NCBI GenBank assembly: GCA_965208125.1
Contig: OZ242320.1
Span: 3,424,001 to 3,488,000 of the forward strand
Source of the DNA: Candidatus Latescibacterota bacterium
GTDB lineage: Bacteria; Latescibacterota; UBA2968
Length of the DNA stretch: 64,000 nucleotides
Direction of reading: 5' to 3'
Below the pieces are notes generated by a model, which saw nothing but the letters and a program-made list of their open reading frames with translations, searched no databases and was not told the origin of the DNA. A program made the translations under genes and the position numbers. This document shows positions 30,583-40,224 of the stretch, piece after piece; position 1 is the first letter of the stretch, and each line of letters begins with the position of its first letter.

Positions 30583-30651
30583 GAACTACATTTTGTGGAG
30601 GGGAAGGTTGTTATACGTCGCTATAATACTATATCTTGTGGCAGTCGTCAA
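30583..30651 (-). promoter_or_regulatory. sigma70-type smc promoter overlapped by two NrdR-box-like operators
   Basis: Minus strand TTGACG-17 bp-TATTAT; boxes CCACAAGATATAGTAT (30641-30626) and CCACAAAATGTAGTTC (30598-30583), 43 bp apart. Confidence 0.6.
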
Positions 30652-30791
30652 GGGTAAAAAACGGGGTGATGCCTCTGTGCTCGTCCATTGAAGTGGTGGG
30701 GTTCTTTGGCGATTGACATTATATCAGGGGCGTTCTAATTTAGGCAGGGCGTTTCGCAACTATGCAGCACTTTCTCAGAATGGGAGTTTTT

Positions 30792-31919
30792 ATGCTGAAT
30801 TTACACGGTGAAAAAATTGTTCGGATTGAAAAAGTGGTTATGAAATTTAAGCGTCCCCGCCTGATCGGGCGCAATGCGCGGATTGGTGTTCACGGGGATA
30901 TGGTGACGGATCCCGTGGTTCGCATTCATACAAGTAGCAGTGCTATTGGCGTTGGATGGTCGCGGTTAGGGCGGGAAGAAGCCGAGTCATTGGTGGGTAA
31001 AAGCATTGGGGATGTGTTTCAATTGCCGGGGGGATCAAACGACGCTGGAGCGGCGATTGACTTGCCTCTGTGGGATCTGGTAGCCAAATTATCGGATCAG
31101 CCGTTGTACAAACTTTTAGGTGCTCGGGGGGCTCGGGCAGTCGAGTTGTACGATGGTTCGGTTTATATCGACGACCTGGATGCCTCGGACGAGGAGGCGG
31201 TGGAGATATTTCGAGACGAAGTCAAGACGGGACACGATTACGGGTATAAAAATTTCAAAATTAAAATTGGTCGTGGCGCGCGCTGGATGCCCGTTACAGA
31301 AGGTACGGATCGGGATGTGCTGGTTATTCACATTGTTCGGGAAGCCGCTGGCGCAGATGCGAAGATACTCGTTGATGCAAATAATGGCACGACGCTCAAT
31401 ATTGCAAAAGACATTCTCGAGCGTTGTGAAGATGTGGGGATTTACTGGTTTGAAGAACCGTTTCCCGAAGATGGGGCTTTTAACGAAGATTTTAAGCAGT
31501 TCATCGTCGAAAAAGGATATGATACACTCGTCGCTGATGGGGAATCGGGGCCTCCGCCACCCAGTTATTTTGATATGGTCAAAAGGGGATGGATCGATGT
31601 GGTGCAACACGATTTTCGCGCCAAGGGTCTTACGTGGTGGCGTGAGACTGCGGCGATGATCGAGCCCTGGGGTGGCCAGTGTGCTCCTCATTGCTGGGGC
31701 AGTTTGATTGAGCGCTATGCCCACGCGCATTTTGCCGCTTCAGTTCCCCATTTTGCGCTTCAAGAAGCCGCTCCCGCAGATATGCCGGGCATTGTGCTGG
31801 ATGGCTGGACGATGCAGGATGGGTGTTTGATGGTGCCAGATACGCCGGGTACGGGTTTTGATCTCGAGGCAGATGTGATTGAAGAGGGGGTGAAGCGGGA
31901 AGATGGGTTCAGGGTGTAA
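30792..31919 (+). CDS. mandelate racemase/muconate lactonizing enzyme (enolase superfamily)
   Basis: 'DLPLWDL', KxK 'FKIKIG', 'VDAN', 'WFEEP', 'DGE', 'PGTG'. Confidence 0.9.
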   Translation: MLNLHGEKIVRIEKVVMKFKRPRLIGRNARIGVHGDMVTDPVVRIHTSSSAIGVGWSRLGREEAESLVGKSIGDVFQLPGGSNDAGAAIDLPLWDLVAKLSDQPLYKLLGARGARAVELYDGSVYIDDLDASDEEAVEIFRDEVKTGHDYGYKNFKIKIGRGARWMPVTEGTDRDVLVIHIVREAAGADAKILVDANNGTTLNIAKDILERCEDVGIYWFEEPFPEDGAFNEDFKQFIVEKGYDTLVADGESGPPPPSYFDMVKRGWIDVVQHDFRAKGLTWWRETAAMIEPWGGQCAPHCWGSLIERYAHAHFAASVPHFALQEAAPADMPGIVLDGWTMQDGCLMVPDTPGTGFDLEADVIEEGVKREDGFRV

Positions 31920-31932
31920 TGGAGATAATAAT

Positions 31933-32970
31933 ATGGATATGACATTTCCTGGAGCAGAATGGGAGACGAGACCGCCCGGTGACCTGGGCTTTGACGCGGA
32001 TAAACTCGCGCGGGTGCAGAGATGGTTGCGCGAGGTGGCGGGTGGTAGATCTTTTCAGGTGGGGATTGCGCGTTACGGGTATCTCGCGGCGGAGTGGCGG
32101 CAAGGTGTTGCGGCTGCTTCTTCGCACTCACAGGCTTCTGCGGCTAAGTCGTATTATTCGACGCTTTTGGGCATTGTGGTGGCGGGAGGCAAGTTGTCTT
32201 CGCCAGATGAAAGAGTCGTCGATTACTATCCTGAGATGATGGATGTGGGCGAGCAGGAGGGTCCAAAGCCCGGGCGGTATGCGTTTGAAAAAGATCGCTA
32301 TATTACGTTTCGGCATTTGATATGTAATGTGTCGGGCTATATGAAGCCGGGGGAAAAACCGGGGGAGGTTTTTCACTATCAGACTTATGGGATGAATATT
32401 CTGACCCACGCAATGGCTAAAATTTATGGGTGTTACGATGCAGATGATCCCGAGGGTTTGCCGGGGTGCGGGAAGGTGATAGAAGAAAAGTTGCGCGATC
32501 CCATTGGCGGGACCTGGACGCATTCGCATTCTAATTTTGATCTGTGGCCCAGTGCGCGGTTAAATATTTTCGGGTATTACACGCAGGTGCATACCACATT
32601 GCGCGACCAATTGAGGGTGGGACATTTGTGGGGCAACTACGGTAATTGGAATGGGGTTCAGGTTGCGCCGGAGAATTACTTGCGCGAGGCAACAGTGACG
32701 AATGATTTTCTTCTGAAAAACGAACCCGAAGAGAACTGGAAATACGGACACGGATTCTGGTGCAATGATCGCGGGATGCAGTGGGCAGATGCACCGAGGG
32801 ATTCTTTTGCTGCATCGGGTGCTGGTGCCAAACATGTCTGGATGTGCCCGCGGTTGGGGCTGGTTATCGCGCAAAATCCAGGGTTGTGGGATCAGTTCAG
32901 GGAAGAGCGGGATAAGGTCGGGAGCCAGAATGAGGTGATTGCGCGAGTTGTGAATGCGGTGAAGACTTAG
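31933..32970 (+). CDS. serine hydrolase, beta-lactamase-like
   Basis: SxxK 'SAAKS', 'PGEVFHY', 'YGHGFW', 'ASGAG'. Confidence 0.85.
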   Translation: MDMTFPGAEWETRPPGDLGFDADKLARVQRWLREVAGGRSFQVGIARYGYLAAEWRQGVAAASSHSQASAAKSYYSTLLGIVVAGGKLSSPDERVVDYYPEMMDVGEQEGPKPGRYAFEKDRYITFRHLICNVSGYMKPGEKPGEVFHYQTYGMNILTHAMAKIYGCYDADDPEGLPGCGKVIEEKLRDPIGGTWTHSHSNFDLWPSARLNIFGYYTQVHTTLRDQLRVGHLWGNYGNWNGVQVAPENYLREATVTNDFLLKNEPEENWKYGHGFWCNDRGMQWADAPRDSFAASGAGAKHVWMCPRLGLVIAQNPGLWDQFREERDKVGSQNEVIARVVNAVKT

Positions 32971-33081
32971 GAATTGCTTGCACTCTGCACTATCGCATCA
33001 TGTATCAATCACATTCAATGGGAGAGTGAGATTTCCGTAGAATAACTTGACACAAAACAACGCGAGGCTATTTTGGCTAAC

Positions 33082-33183
33082 ATGAAAACTACGATCACAC
33101 TTGATACAGATGTGGAGAAGGCAATGCACCGACAGGGCAAGAGCTTCCAGGAAAACTTAAATCACAGATCGTTCAGGCTGTGA
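33082..33183 (+). pseudogene. truncated RHH/VapB-type antitoxin remnant
   Basis: Manual translation MKTTITLDTDVEKAMHRQGKSFQENLNHRSFRL resembles 'MRTTxTLDxDV...SFK..VN' antitoxin N-termini; upstream TTGACA-16-TATTTT; no toxin follows. Confidence 0.55.
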
Positions 33184-33199
33184 AGAGGATATTTGCATT

Positions 33200-34774
33200 A
33201 TGCGCTTCTTCAATACTGCTGGTCCCATCAAGCCCGAAAGGCACTACTGCATCCTGCCTCTGGAACGCTTAAATATGGACGAGGTGCTCGCACTCATCCG
33301 AGACGAGAAATACTTTGTCTTGCACGCGCCTCGGCAGACGGGCAAGACTTCTGCTTTGCTGGCATTGCGCGACCTGCTCAACGCTCAGGACACCTATCGC
33401 TGTGTGTACGTCAACGTTGAAGGTGGACAGGCCGCGCGCGAAGATGTGGAACTGGTGATGCGCACCTTTTTGGGTGAGTTGGCATCTCGGGCGCGTTCAG
33501 TAGGTGACGAATTTTTGGACGAGATCTGGTTCGACATCCTGGCGAAATACGGGCCTCACACTGCACTGCGCGAGGCGTTGATGCGCTGGGCACAGGCTGC
33601 TCCGAAGCCATTGGTGTTGCTCATTGACGAGATCGATTCTCTGATTGGCGATTCTCTGCTGTCCGTGTTGCGGCAGTTGCGGGCTGGCTATGACCGTCGC
33701 CCGGAGGGTTTTCCGCAAAGTGTGGTGCTGTGTGGGGTGCGCGATGTGCGCGATTACCGCATCCAATCAACGGCAGAGAATGCGATTATTGCCGGTGGCA
33801 GTGCGTTTAATATCAGAGCGCGATCTTTGCGCCTGGGCGACTTCTCGCGTGACGAGGTGCTCGCCCTGCTCAACCAGCATACGGATGAGACAGGACAGGT
33901 GTTCACTCCTGCTGCGTTGGAACTGATCTGGAGACAGACCCAGGGGCAGCCGTGGCTGGTCAACGCGCTGGCGGAAGAAACCTGTTTCTATGGCGAAGCC
34001 GCAGAGGACCGGGGTATCTCGATTACTGCCGACGCCATCCGCGACGCTCGTGAGCAACTCATCCTGCGCCGGGAGATACACCTCGACCAACTCGCCGACA
34101 AGTTGCAGGAGAAGCGCGTGCAGCGCGTGATTGAACCGCTGCTGAGTGGTGGAGAGGACAGCGACTTCTCCACTCGCGATCTCGAATATGTCCGCGACCT
34201 GGGTTTGATCGCATCCGAAGATCCACTCCGTATTGCCAATCCGATCTATGCAGAAGTCGTCCCGCGCGAATTGACCTACGCAGCCCAGGTCGGGATCAAT
34301 GAGGACACAGAATGGTATGTCAATGCCGATGGCAGTTTGAATGTGGTGAAATTAATGACCGCGTTTCAGACCTTTTTCCGCGAGCACTCAGAGCATTGGG
34401 TGACGCGGTTTCAATATCAGGAGGCAGGGCCGCAGTTGCTGTTGCAGGCATTTCTGCCGCGCATTGTGAACAGTGGCGGACGCATTGAACGGGAGTATGG
34501 TCTGGGGCGAATGCGTACGGATTTGCTGATCGTCTGGCCGCAGGGTGATCAGACGCGCAAGATTGTGATTGAGTGTAAATTGCTCCACAAGAGTCTGGAC
34601 CAGACCATTGCCGATGGCCTGGATCAGACCGCCGAGTACATGGATCGGTGCGATGCAGAGGCGGGTCATCTGGTGGTTTTTGACCGCCGTGATGGGAGAC
34701 GTTGGGCGGACAAAGTATTCCACGATCGCCGGACATCAAGCAGTGGGGTCGAGATTGAGGTGTGGGGGATGTGA
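33200..34774 (+). CDS. AAA ATPase with C-terminal PD-(D/E)XK nuclease-like domain
   Basis: 'FFNTAGP', Walker A 'APRQTGKT', Walker B 'LLIDEID', C-terminal 'EREY...RTDL...IECK'. Confidence 0.85.
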   Translation: MRFFNTAGPIKPERHYCILPLERLNMDEVLALIRDEKYFVLHAPRQTGKTSALLALRDLLNAQDTYRCVYVNVEGGQAAREDVELVMRTFLGELASRARSVGDEFLDEIWFDILAKYGPHTALREALMRWAQAAPKPLVLLIDEIDSLIGDSLLSVLRQLRAGYDRRPEGFPQSVVLCGVRDVRDYRIQSTAENAIIAGGSAFNIRARSLRLGDFSRDEVLALLNQHTDETGQVFTPAALELIWRQTQGQPWLVNALAEETCFYGEAAEDRGISITADAIRDAREQLILRREIHLDQLADKLQEKRVQRVIEPLLSGGEDSDFSTRDLEYVRDLGLIASEDPLRIANPIYAEVVPRELTYAAQVGINEDTEWYVNADGSLNVVKLMTAFQTFFREHSEHWVTRFQYQEAGPQLLLQAFLPRIVNSGGRIEREYGLGRMRTDLLIVWPQGDQTRKIVIECKLLHKSLDQTIADGLDQTAEYMDRCDAEAGHLVVFDRRDGRRWADKVFHDRRTSSSGVEIEVWGM

Positions 34775-34845
34775 GGCATTCCCGCACATTATCCATTTAC
34801 TGATGTTACGCCGTTTATCTACAATGGGCTGTCATTAGAGAGAGG

Positions 34846-36174
34846 ATGAAAATGGATGCAAAAACCAAAAAGTTGCAGGTGGATCAGGCTGTGAAATCGC
34901 AGTCGCGACGGGCGTTTAAGCTGTCGCGGAGTATTCACGGCTGGGCAGAGCGGCCGTTTCAGGAATACGAGTCGTCAAAGGCGTTGGCGGCGTATTTGGA
35001 GGAGAACGGATTTCAAATTGAATTTCCGTTTAAAAAGATCCCGACGGCTTTTCGCGCCACATGGGGCACGGGCAAACCCATTATTGGCATGTTGGGGGAG
35101 TACGACGCATTGCCCAATTGCGGTGCCGAGGAGGGTACCTGGGGGCACGGCTGAGGTCATAATCTTTTGGGCGTTGCCCCGGCCGCAGGTGCGGTTGCTG
35201 CAAAAACAGTGTTGGAAAATTTGAAGTCGCCCGGTCAGATTATTTACTACGGCTGTCCGGCTGAAGAGACGCTGGCGGGCAAGGTGTATATGGCCCGCGA
35301 TGGTGCGTTTCGAGATCTGGATGCGGTGCTGGCATGGCATCCGGGATCGAGTACGGGTGTTAGTAATTATGGTGGTTCGTCGCTGGATTCGCTGGTGTAT
35401 GAGTTTTTTGGCAAGACGTCTCACGGCGCGAGTGCTCACAATGGGCGCAGTGCATTGGACGGGGTGATGTTGATGGATGTTGCGGCGAATTATTTGCGCG
35501 AGCATGTTCCCGAAAATGTGCGTATCCATTGTGTGATCCGTGACGGTGGGGATGCGCCCAATGTGGTGCCGGCTTATGCGAAGGTGTGGTACTATGTGCG
35601 TGGGAAGGATCGTGAACAGGTGAATAAAGTACGCAAGCGATTGACTAAGTGCGCCAAAGGTGCGGCGATGGCTACGGAAACAACTATGAAATGGCATCGT
35701 ATCACGGCTGTGTACCCGCGTTTGCCAAATGATGTGATGTGCGAAACTGTGCGCAAAAATCTCGAATTATTCGGTCCACCTCGTGCGTCAAAAAAAGATA
35801 AGGAACGCGTAAAGGAATTGGGATACAAAGGTGAATTTGACGGGAAGATCAAAAAGGGGAAGGGGTCGCAGGGGCGTGGGTCTTCGGATGAAGATAATGT
35901 GTCGTGGCTGGCACCGATGGGGCGGTTTCAGATGGTGTGTTATACCAAGGGCACGCCGGGCCATCACCGCGATATGACCGCACAGGCGATCATGCCTTAT
36001 GCCGAGCGCGCGGTTTTGCAAACGGCCAAGGTGTTTGCGGGATCGGCTATTGATCTGATTTTGGACAAAAAGGTGTTGCAAGCAGCGCGTGCGGAATTTA
36101 AGAAGGGAACGAAGGGGTTTGAGTACGATCCGTTGATTCCGAAACGCCAGAAGGTTCCCGTGGATCCTCCATAG
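34846..36174 (+). CDS. M20D/AbgB-like amidohydrolase with in-frame TGA (35152-35154) at the conserved Cys; candidate selenoprotein
   Basis: ORFs 34846-35154 and 35167-36174 share a frame: GEYDAL...GHG-[TGA]-GHNLLG, then GCPAEE, AWHP, GRSALD, 'GSSD'; joined length 442 aa. Confidence 0.85.
35165..35205 (+). promoter_or_regulatory. putative bacterial SECIS element
   Basis: Apical stem GGCCGC/GCGGTT with loop AGGT (35187-35190), 32 nt downstream of the TGA; outer TTTTG/CAAAA pairing. Confidence 0.55.
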
Positions 36175-36180
36175 AAGGAG

Positions 36181-37179
36181 ATGGTCGTGAAAGCACAACG
36201 ATTAATATGCACAGATGTCCGGCGGATTGAATTAGAGGATTTTGAACTGCTGCGTGTGCCAGATAATGGCATTTTGGTGCAGAATGATTATACCGCTGTG
36301 AGTGTGGGTACGGAAATTTACAATTATGCACATGGGGGTGAACCGTCGCGTGCGAGAACATTTCCGCGGCCAACGGGGTATTGCAATACGGGTGTGGTGC
36401 TCGAGGTGGGCAAAGATGTGAAGGGGATAGAACCAGGTGATCGTATTGCCGCGCAGGGCAATCACGCCAGTCATGCGGTCATGAGCGGGAATTTTTTTAG
36501 AGTGCCCGAAGGTGTTTCGCCCAGGTCCGCGGCTTTTATGGTTATGTGTGCTATTGCCATGCACGGGCACCGGGTTGGGCGTCCGGAATTGGGTGAGGTT
36601 GTTGCAATTACCGGTATGGGTATTGTAGGCCAGTTGGCAGCGACCTTTGCGCGATTGGCCGGTGCGCTCCCGGTTATTGCGATTGATCTGGATGTTTTTC
36701 GGTTGGGTAAAGCGAGAGACAGGGGCGCAGATGTTTGTGTCAATCCCAATAATGCAGGGGATGTCGCCGAAGTGGTGCGCGAGCATTGCGTGGGCGATGG
36801 TGTCGATCTGGTTATTGAAGCGACGGGTATTCCGGCGGTTTATCCCATGGCGTTGACTTTGCCGCGGTTGGGAGGGCGTCTGGTCGCTTTGGGGTCTCCT
36901 CGCGGTACCGTGGAGGTTAGTTTTTTGCCCGAGGTTCATTTGCGCGAGATCACAATTCTGGGCGCGCATCAGCCCAAGACGCCGGATAATGACCATATTT
37001 ATTATCCGTGGAGTAAGCACAGAGATCGCGAACTAATTTTGCGTTTGATGGCTGCGGGCAAGTTGCCCATCGAAGATTTGATTACCCATGTTGTCAATCC
37101 CGCCGATTGCCAGGCTACCTACGATATGCTCGCCGATAATCCGAGAGAAGTGTTGGGCGTGGTATTTGAGTGGAGGTGA
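36181..37179 (+). CDS. MDR-family (zinc-binding type) alcohol dehydrogenase
   Basis: 'SVGTE', 'GYCNTG', 'GMGIVG', 'IEATG', 'LITH'. Confidence 0.88.
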   Translation: MVVKAQRLICTDVRRIELEDFELLRVPDNGILVQNDYTAVSVGTEIYNYAHGGEPSRARTFPRPTGYCNTGVVLEVGKDVKGIEPGDRIAAQGNHASHAVMSGNFFRVPEGVSPRSAAFMVMCAIAMHGHRVGRPELGEVVAITGMGIVGQLAATFARLAGALPVIAIDLDVFRLGKARDRGADVCVNPNNAGDVAEVVREHCVGDGVDLVIEATGIPAVYPMALTLPRLGGRLVALGSPRGTVEVSFLPEVHLREITILGAHQPKTPDNDHIYYPWSKHRDRELILRLMAAGKLPIEDLITHVVNPADCQATYDMLADNPREVLGVVFEWR

Positions 37180-37229
37180 TCTCGCCTGCTGAAATAAAAT
37201 CCCTGTCAGAACCATAGAGGAGATCGAAT

Positions 37230-38201
37230 ATGAGACGCCACTCTTTTGGAAGTCGTGCTGTAGTAAAGGTTTTCGGATTCTATCTTCTTTTGTTTTTCTC
37301 GTTTTCCGTCTTTGCTAATATCAGAAAAGTTTTCGCACAACAAGTCTCACAAAGCAGAGGTTTGGCTTCACAGATGTCAGAGATAGCAACCATTAAAAAT
37401 TACAAGTACGGCCCCCATGAGCGGAACGTATTTGATTTTTATCCGGCACAATCGGACGAACCCACCCCTGTTGCAGTGTATATTCACGGCGGCGGTTTCA
37501 GAAACGGCAGCAAGGATGGGATTGGTAATAAGACATTGAAAGCTTTATTAGATGCGGGCATTTCTGTCGCGGCTTTTAACTATCGCTATGTCCAGCAGGC
37601 TCCTTTGCCTGCTGCGCACTACGATTGTCGGCGAGCGCTTCAGCTTCTGCGTTCCAAAGCCACCGAATGGAACATCGATAAAAATCGGATCGGTGCATTT
37701 GGCGGATCGGCTGGGGCACAAATTTGCATGTATCTTGCTTTTCACGAAGACATGGCCCGTCCAGACAGCGATGATCCAATCGAACGCGAATCTACCAGAC
37801 TTCAGGCCGTGGCCACATCTGGCGGTCAGACCACGATGGACGTTGCCTGGTGGAAGAAGAATATTCCCGGGTACGACGAGTCCCATCGAGATTTTTATCA
37901 GACATTAGGCGCAACGACCCAGGAAGAATATCAGAATCGCGTAAGCGAGATTTCGGCGCTTGATTTGGTATCAAAGGACGACCCCGCTATTTATATGAGC
38001 TATAGAATGTCACCGAAAGATCCTGTGCCAGAAGGACAGACTGCTCGTGGTTGGAAAGTGCATCACGTGCAGTTTGGTGTTGCTTTACAAGAAAAAATGA
38101 CAGCGCTTGGTATAGAATCTGATCTGGTTTATCCAGGTTCAAAAAATAAATATCAAAGCAATGTTGACTACTTTATCTCAATGTTAAAAAATAGGAAATA
38201 G
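37230..38201 (+). CDS. secreted alpha/beta hydrolase (esterase)
   Basis: N-terminal hydrophobic signal; HGGGF; GGSAG nucleophile elbow. Confidence 0.88.
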   Translation: MRRHSFGSRAVVKVFGFYLLLFFSFSVFANIRKVFAQQVSQSRGLASQMSEIATIKNYKYGPHERNVFDFYPAQSDEPTPVAVYIHGGGFRNGSKDGIGNKTLKALLDAGISVAAFNYRYVQQAPLPAAHYDCRRALQLLRSKATEWNIDKNRIGAFGGSAGAQICMYLAFHEDMARPDSDDPIERESTRLQAVATSGGQTTMDVAWWKKNIPGYDESHRDFYQTLGATTQEEYQNRVSEISALDLVSKDDPAIYMSYRMSPKDPVPEGQTARGWKVHHVQFGVALQEKMTALGIESDLVYPGSKNKYQSNVDYFISMLKNRK

Positions 38202-38315
38202 ACGGGTTTGAGACACCAGTTTGGAGCTTTTTTCTTTGACAAGTTACTTTTGGGGCGCAATTATAGAGGTGCATAAATGCAGACCTACTGTTCAAAATAT
38301 TTTACGAGGTGATTG

Positions 38316-38813
38316 ATGGCTTTCAAGACTACTGATTTGTGCGATGAGCACGAAACCGATCCAGCACTTCAAGTTGCCGAACCGATATTCAATGACTATG
38401 GCGGCGTGATGGCATTTTGCGGTCCGATTGCCACGGTCAAAGTTTGCGAAGACAATGTGCTGGTGCGCGAGATCCTCGAAACCCCGGGCGAGGGGCGCGT
38501 TCTCGTCGTCGATGGCGAGGGCTCGATGTGGTGTGCGCTGTTGGGGGATATGGTCGCTGAAATCGCCAGTGACAATGGCTGGTCGGGGATTGTCATAAAT
38601 GGCGGTGTGCGCGATGTGTCTGAACTTGCACAAATTGGAATAGGCGTCAAAGCACGCTTTGCTGTGCCGCGCCGCAGCCGAAAAGAAGGCAAGGGCCGCC
38701 AAAATACGCCTCTTGCTTTTGCCGGTGTCGCCTTTCTTCCGGGCGATTATCTCTACGCCGATGAAGACGGTATTTTGATTGCTACGAGAGATTTGTTAGA
38801 CGCGCAGGATTGA
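38316..38813 (+). CDS. rraA: RraA-like protein / HMG aldolase
   Basis: 'TTDLCD', 'EDNVLV', 'VLVVDG', 'ALLGD', 'GGVRD', 'YADEDG'. Confidence 0.92.
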   Translation: MAFKTTDLCDEHETDPALQVAEPIFNDYGGVMAFCGPIATVKVCEDNVLVREILETPGEGRVLVVDGEGSMWCALLGDMVAEIASDNGWSGIVINGGVRDVSELAQIGIGVKARFAVPRRSRKEGKGRQNTPLAFAGVAFLPGDYLYADEDGILIATRDLLDAQD

Positions 38814-38847
38814 CCTGCAATACAACCTTACACTATGGAGACAAAAT

Positions 38848-40215
38848 ATGCCGCAGACGGATCGGCCCAATATTCTCTTTATTATGGACGACCAGCATCG
38901 TTTTGATTACATGGGCTGTGCAGGTGCTGATTTTGTTCGCACACCCAATATTGACCGCCTGGCAAAGCAGGGGGTGCATTTTACCCAATGCACGACGAAT
39001 TGCCCTGTTTGCGCGCCTTCGCGCATTGCACTGGCTTCTGGCATGCAGCCCTCGCGCCTCGGTTGCGTTGGGAACAATTGCTTCTTGCCTCGCAGCCAAC
39101 CGACTTATTACCAGCAATTGCGCGATTATAATTATTATGTGGGTTGTGTGGGCAAGCTCGATCTGGCCAAACCCGACGGATACAATGGACGCGATGGCGA
39201 CAGGCCAGCTACGTATATGTGGGGCTTTACTCATCCGGTCGAATGCGAGGGCAAAATGCACGCTGGGCATTCCAAAACACCACAGGGCCCTTATAACCAC
39301 TTTTTGGAGGAAAGAGGGTTGCTCGGTGCTTTTGTCGATGATTATACCCGTCGCTCCAAAGAGGGTTATCACGCTTCCTGTCACGATTCGGTCTTACCTA
39401 CCGAAGCTTTTGAGGATGTGTATATTGGGCAGCGATCTGTCGAGTGGATTGAGAATATCCCCGGGGATTTTCCCTGGCATTTATTTGTGAGCTTTGTGGG
39501 ACCTCACGATCCTTTTGATCCGCCAGCCGAATACGGAGAGAAGTACCGCGATGCAGAGATGCCACCCGCCACGCCTGCTAATTTGCCGGGTAAACCCGCT
39601 TACTTAAAAGATCGCATCAAAGACATGACCCCGGAAAAAATTGCAGAGACCCGACGGCAATATTGCGCGGCAATTGAAGTTATTGACGATCAGATCGGCG
39701 AGATGCTCGCGGCAGTGGAACGGCGGGGGATGGCCGATAATACGTATGTTATCTTTTCCAGTGATCACGGAGAAATGCTGGGCGATCACGGTTTGTACAC
39801 CAAAAGTGTGCCTTACGAAGCATCGGTACATGTTCCGCTCATTGTTGCGGGGCCTGGGATTGAAGGCGGTCGCGTCTCAGATGCTCTCGTTGAACTCATT
39901 GACATGAATCCAACGATATGTGATCTTGCTGGCGTGCCTCCGCTTTCGGATATCGATGCGCGATCAATTGGCGCGGTGCTTCGCGGAGAGGCAGAGGAAC
40001 ACCGCACGGAAACCGTGAGTGGCATACAAAATTTCAGGTGTATCCGTACGCGGGAGTACAAATTGGTGGAGAACTACAACGATGTTACGGAACTCTACGA
40101 TCTGATCGCTGATCCTGCAGAAGAACACAATATTGCCGAACAAGAGCCAGAGGTACGGCGCGAATTGTCTCGCCGTCTCTCAGCGCGTTATTTAGAAGGC
40201 ACATGGTATCGGTAG
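38848..40215 (+). CDS. sulfatase
   Basis: 'PNILFIMDDQHR', CxPxR 'CAPSR', 'SDHGEMLGDHG'. Confidence 0.95.
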   Translation: MPQTDRPNILFIMDDQHRFDYMGCAGADFVRTPNIDRLAKQGVHFTQCTTNCPVCAPSRIALASGMQPSRLGCVGNNCFLPRSQPTYYQQLRDYNYYVGCVGKLDLAKPDGYNGRDGDRPATYMWGFTHPVECEGKMHAGHSKTPQGPYNHFLEERGLLGAFVDDYTRRSKEGYHASCHDSVLPTEAFEDVYIGQRSVEWIENIPGDFPWHLFVSFVGPHDPFDPPAEYGEKYRDAEMPPATPANLPGKPAYLKDRIKDMTPEKIAETRRQYCAAIEVIDDQIGEMLAAVERRGMADNTYVIFSSDHGEMLGDHGLYTKSVPYEASVHVPLIVAGPGIEGGRVSDALVELIDMNPTICDLAGVPPLSDIDARSIGAVLRGEAEEHRTETVSGIQNFRCIRTREYKLVENYNDVTELYDLIADPAEEHNIAEQEPEVRRELSRRLSARYLEGTWYR

Positions 40216-40224
40216 GAGGGAATC

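Noticed and set aside
35152-35154. Genome-wide UGA reassignment (code 4/25) as the explanation for the in-frame TGA
   Set aside because: TGA ends many clearly complete genes here (e.g. at 1812, 3535, 8393, 34774, 37179, 54705), and the aligned residue is Cys rather than Trp or Gly
38810-39490. 226-aa alternative-frame ORF over the sulfatase
   Set aside because: Overlaps a confident sulfatase on the same strand and has no recognisable motifs
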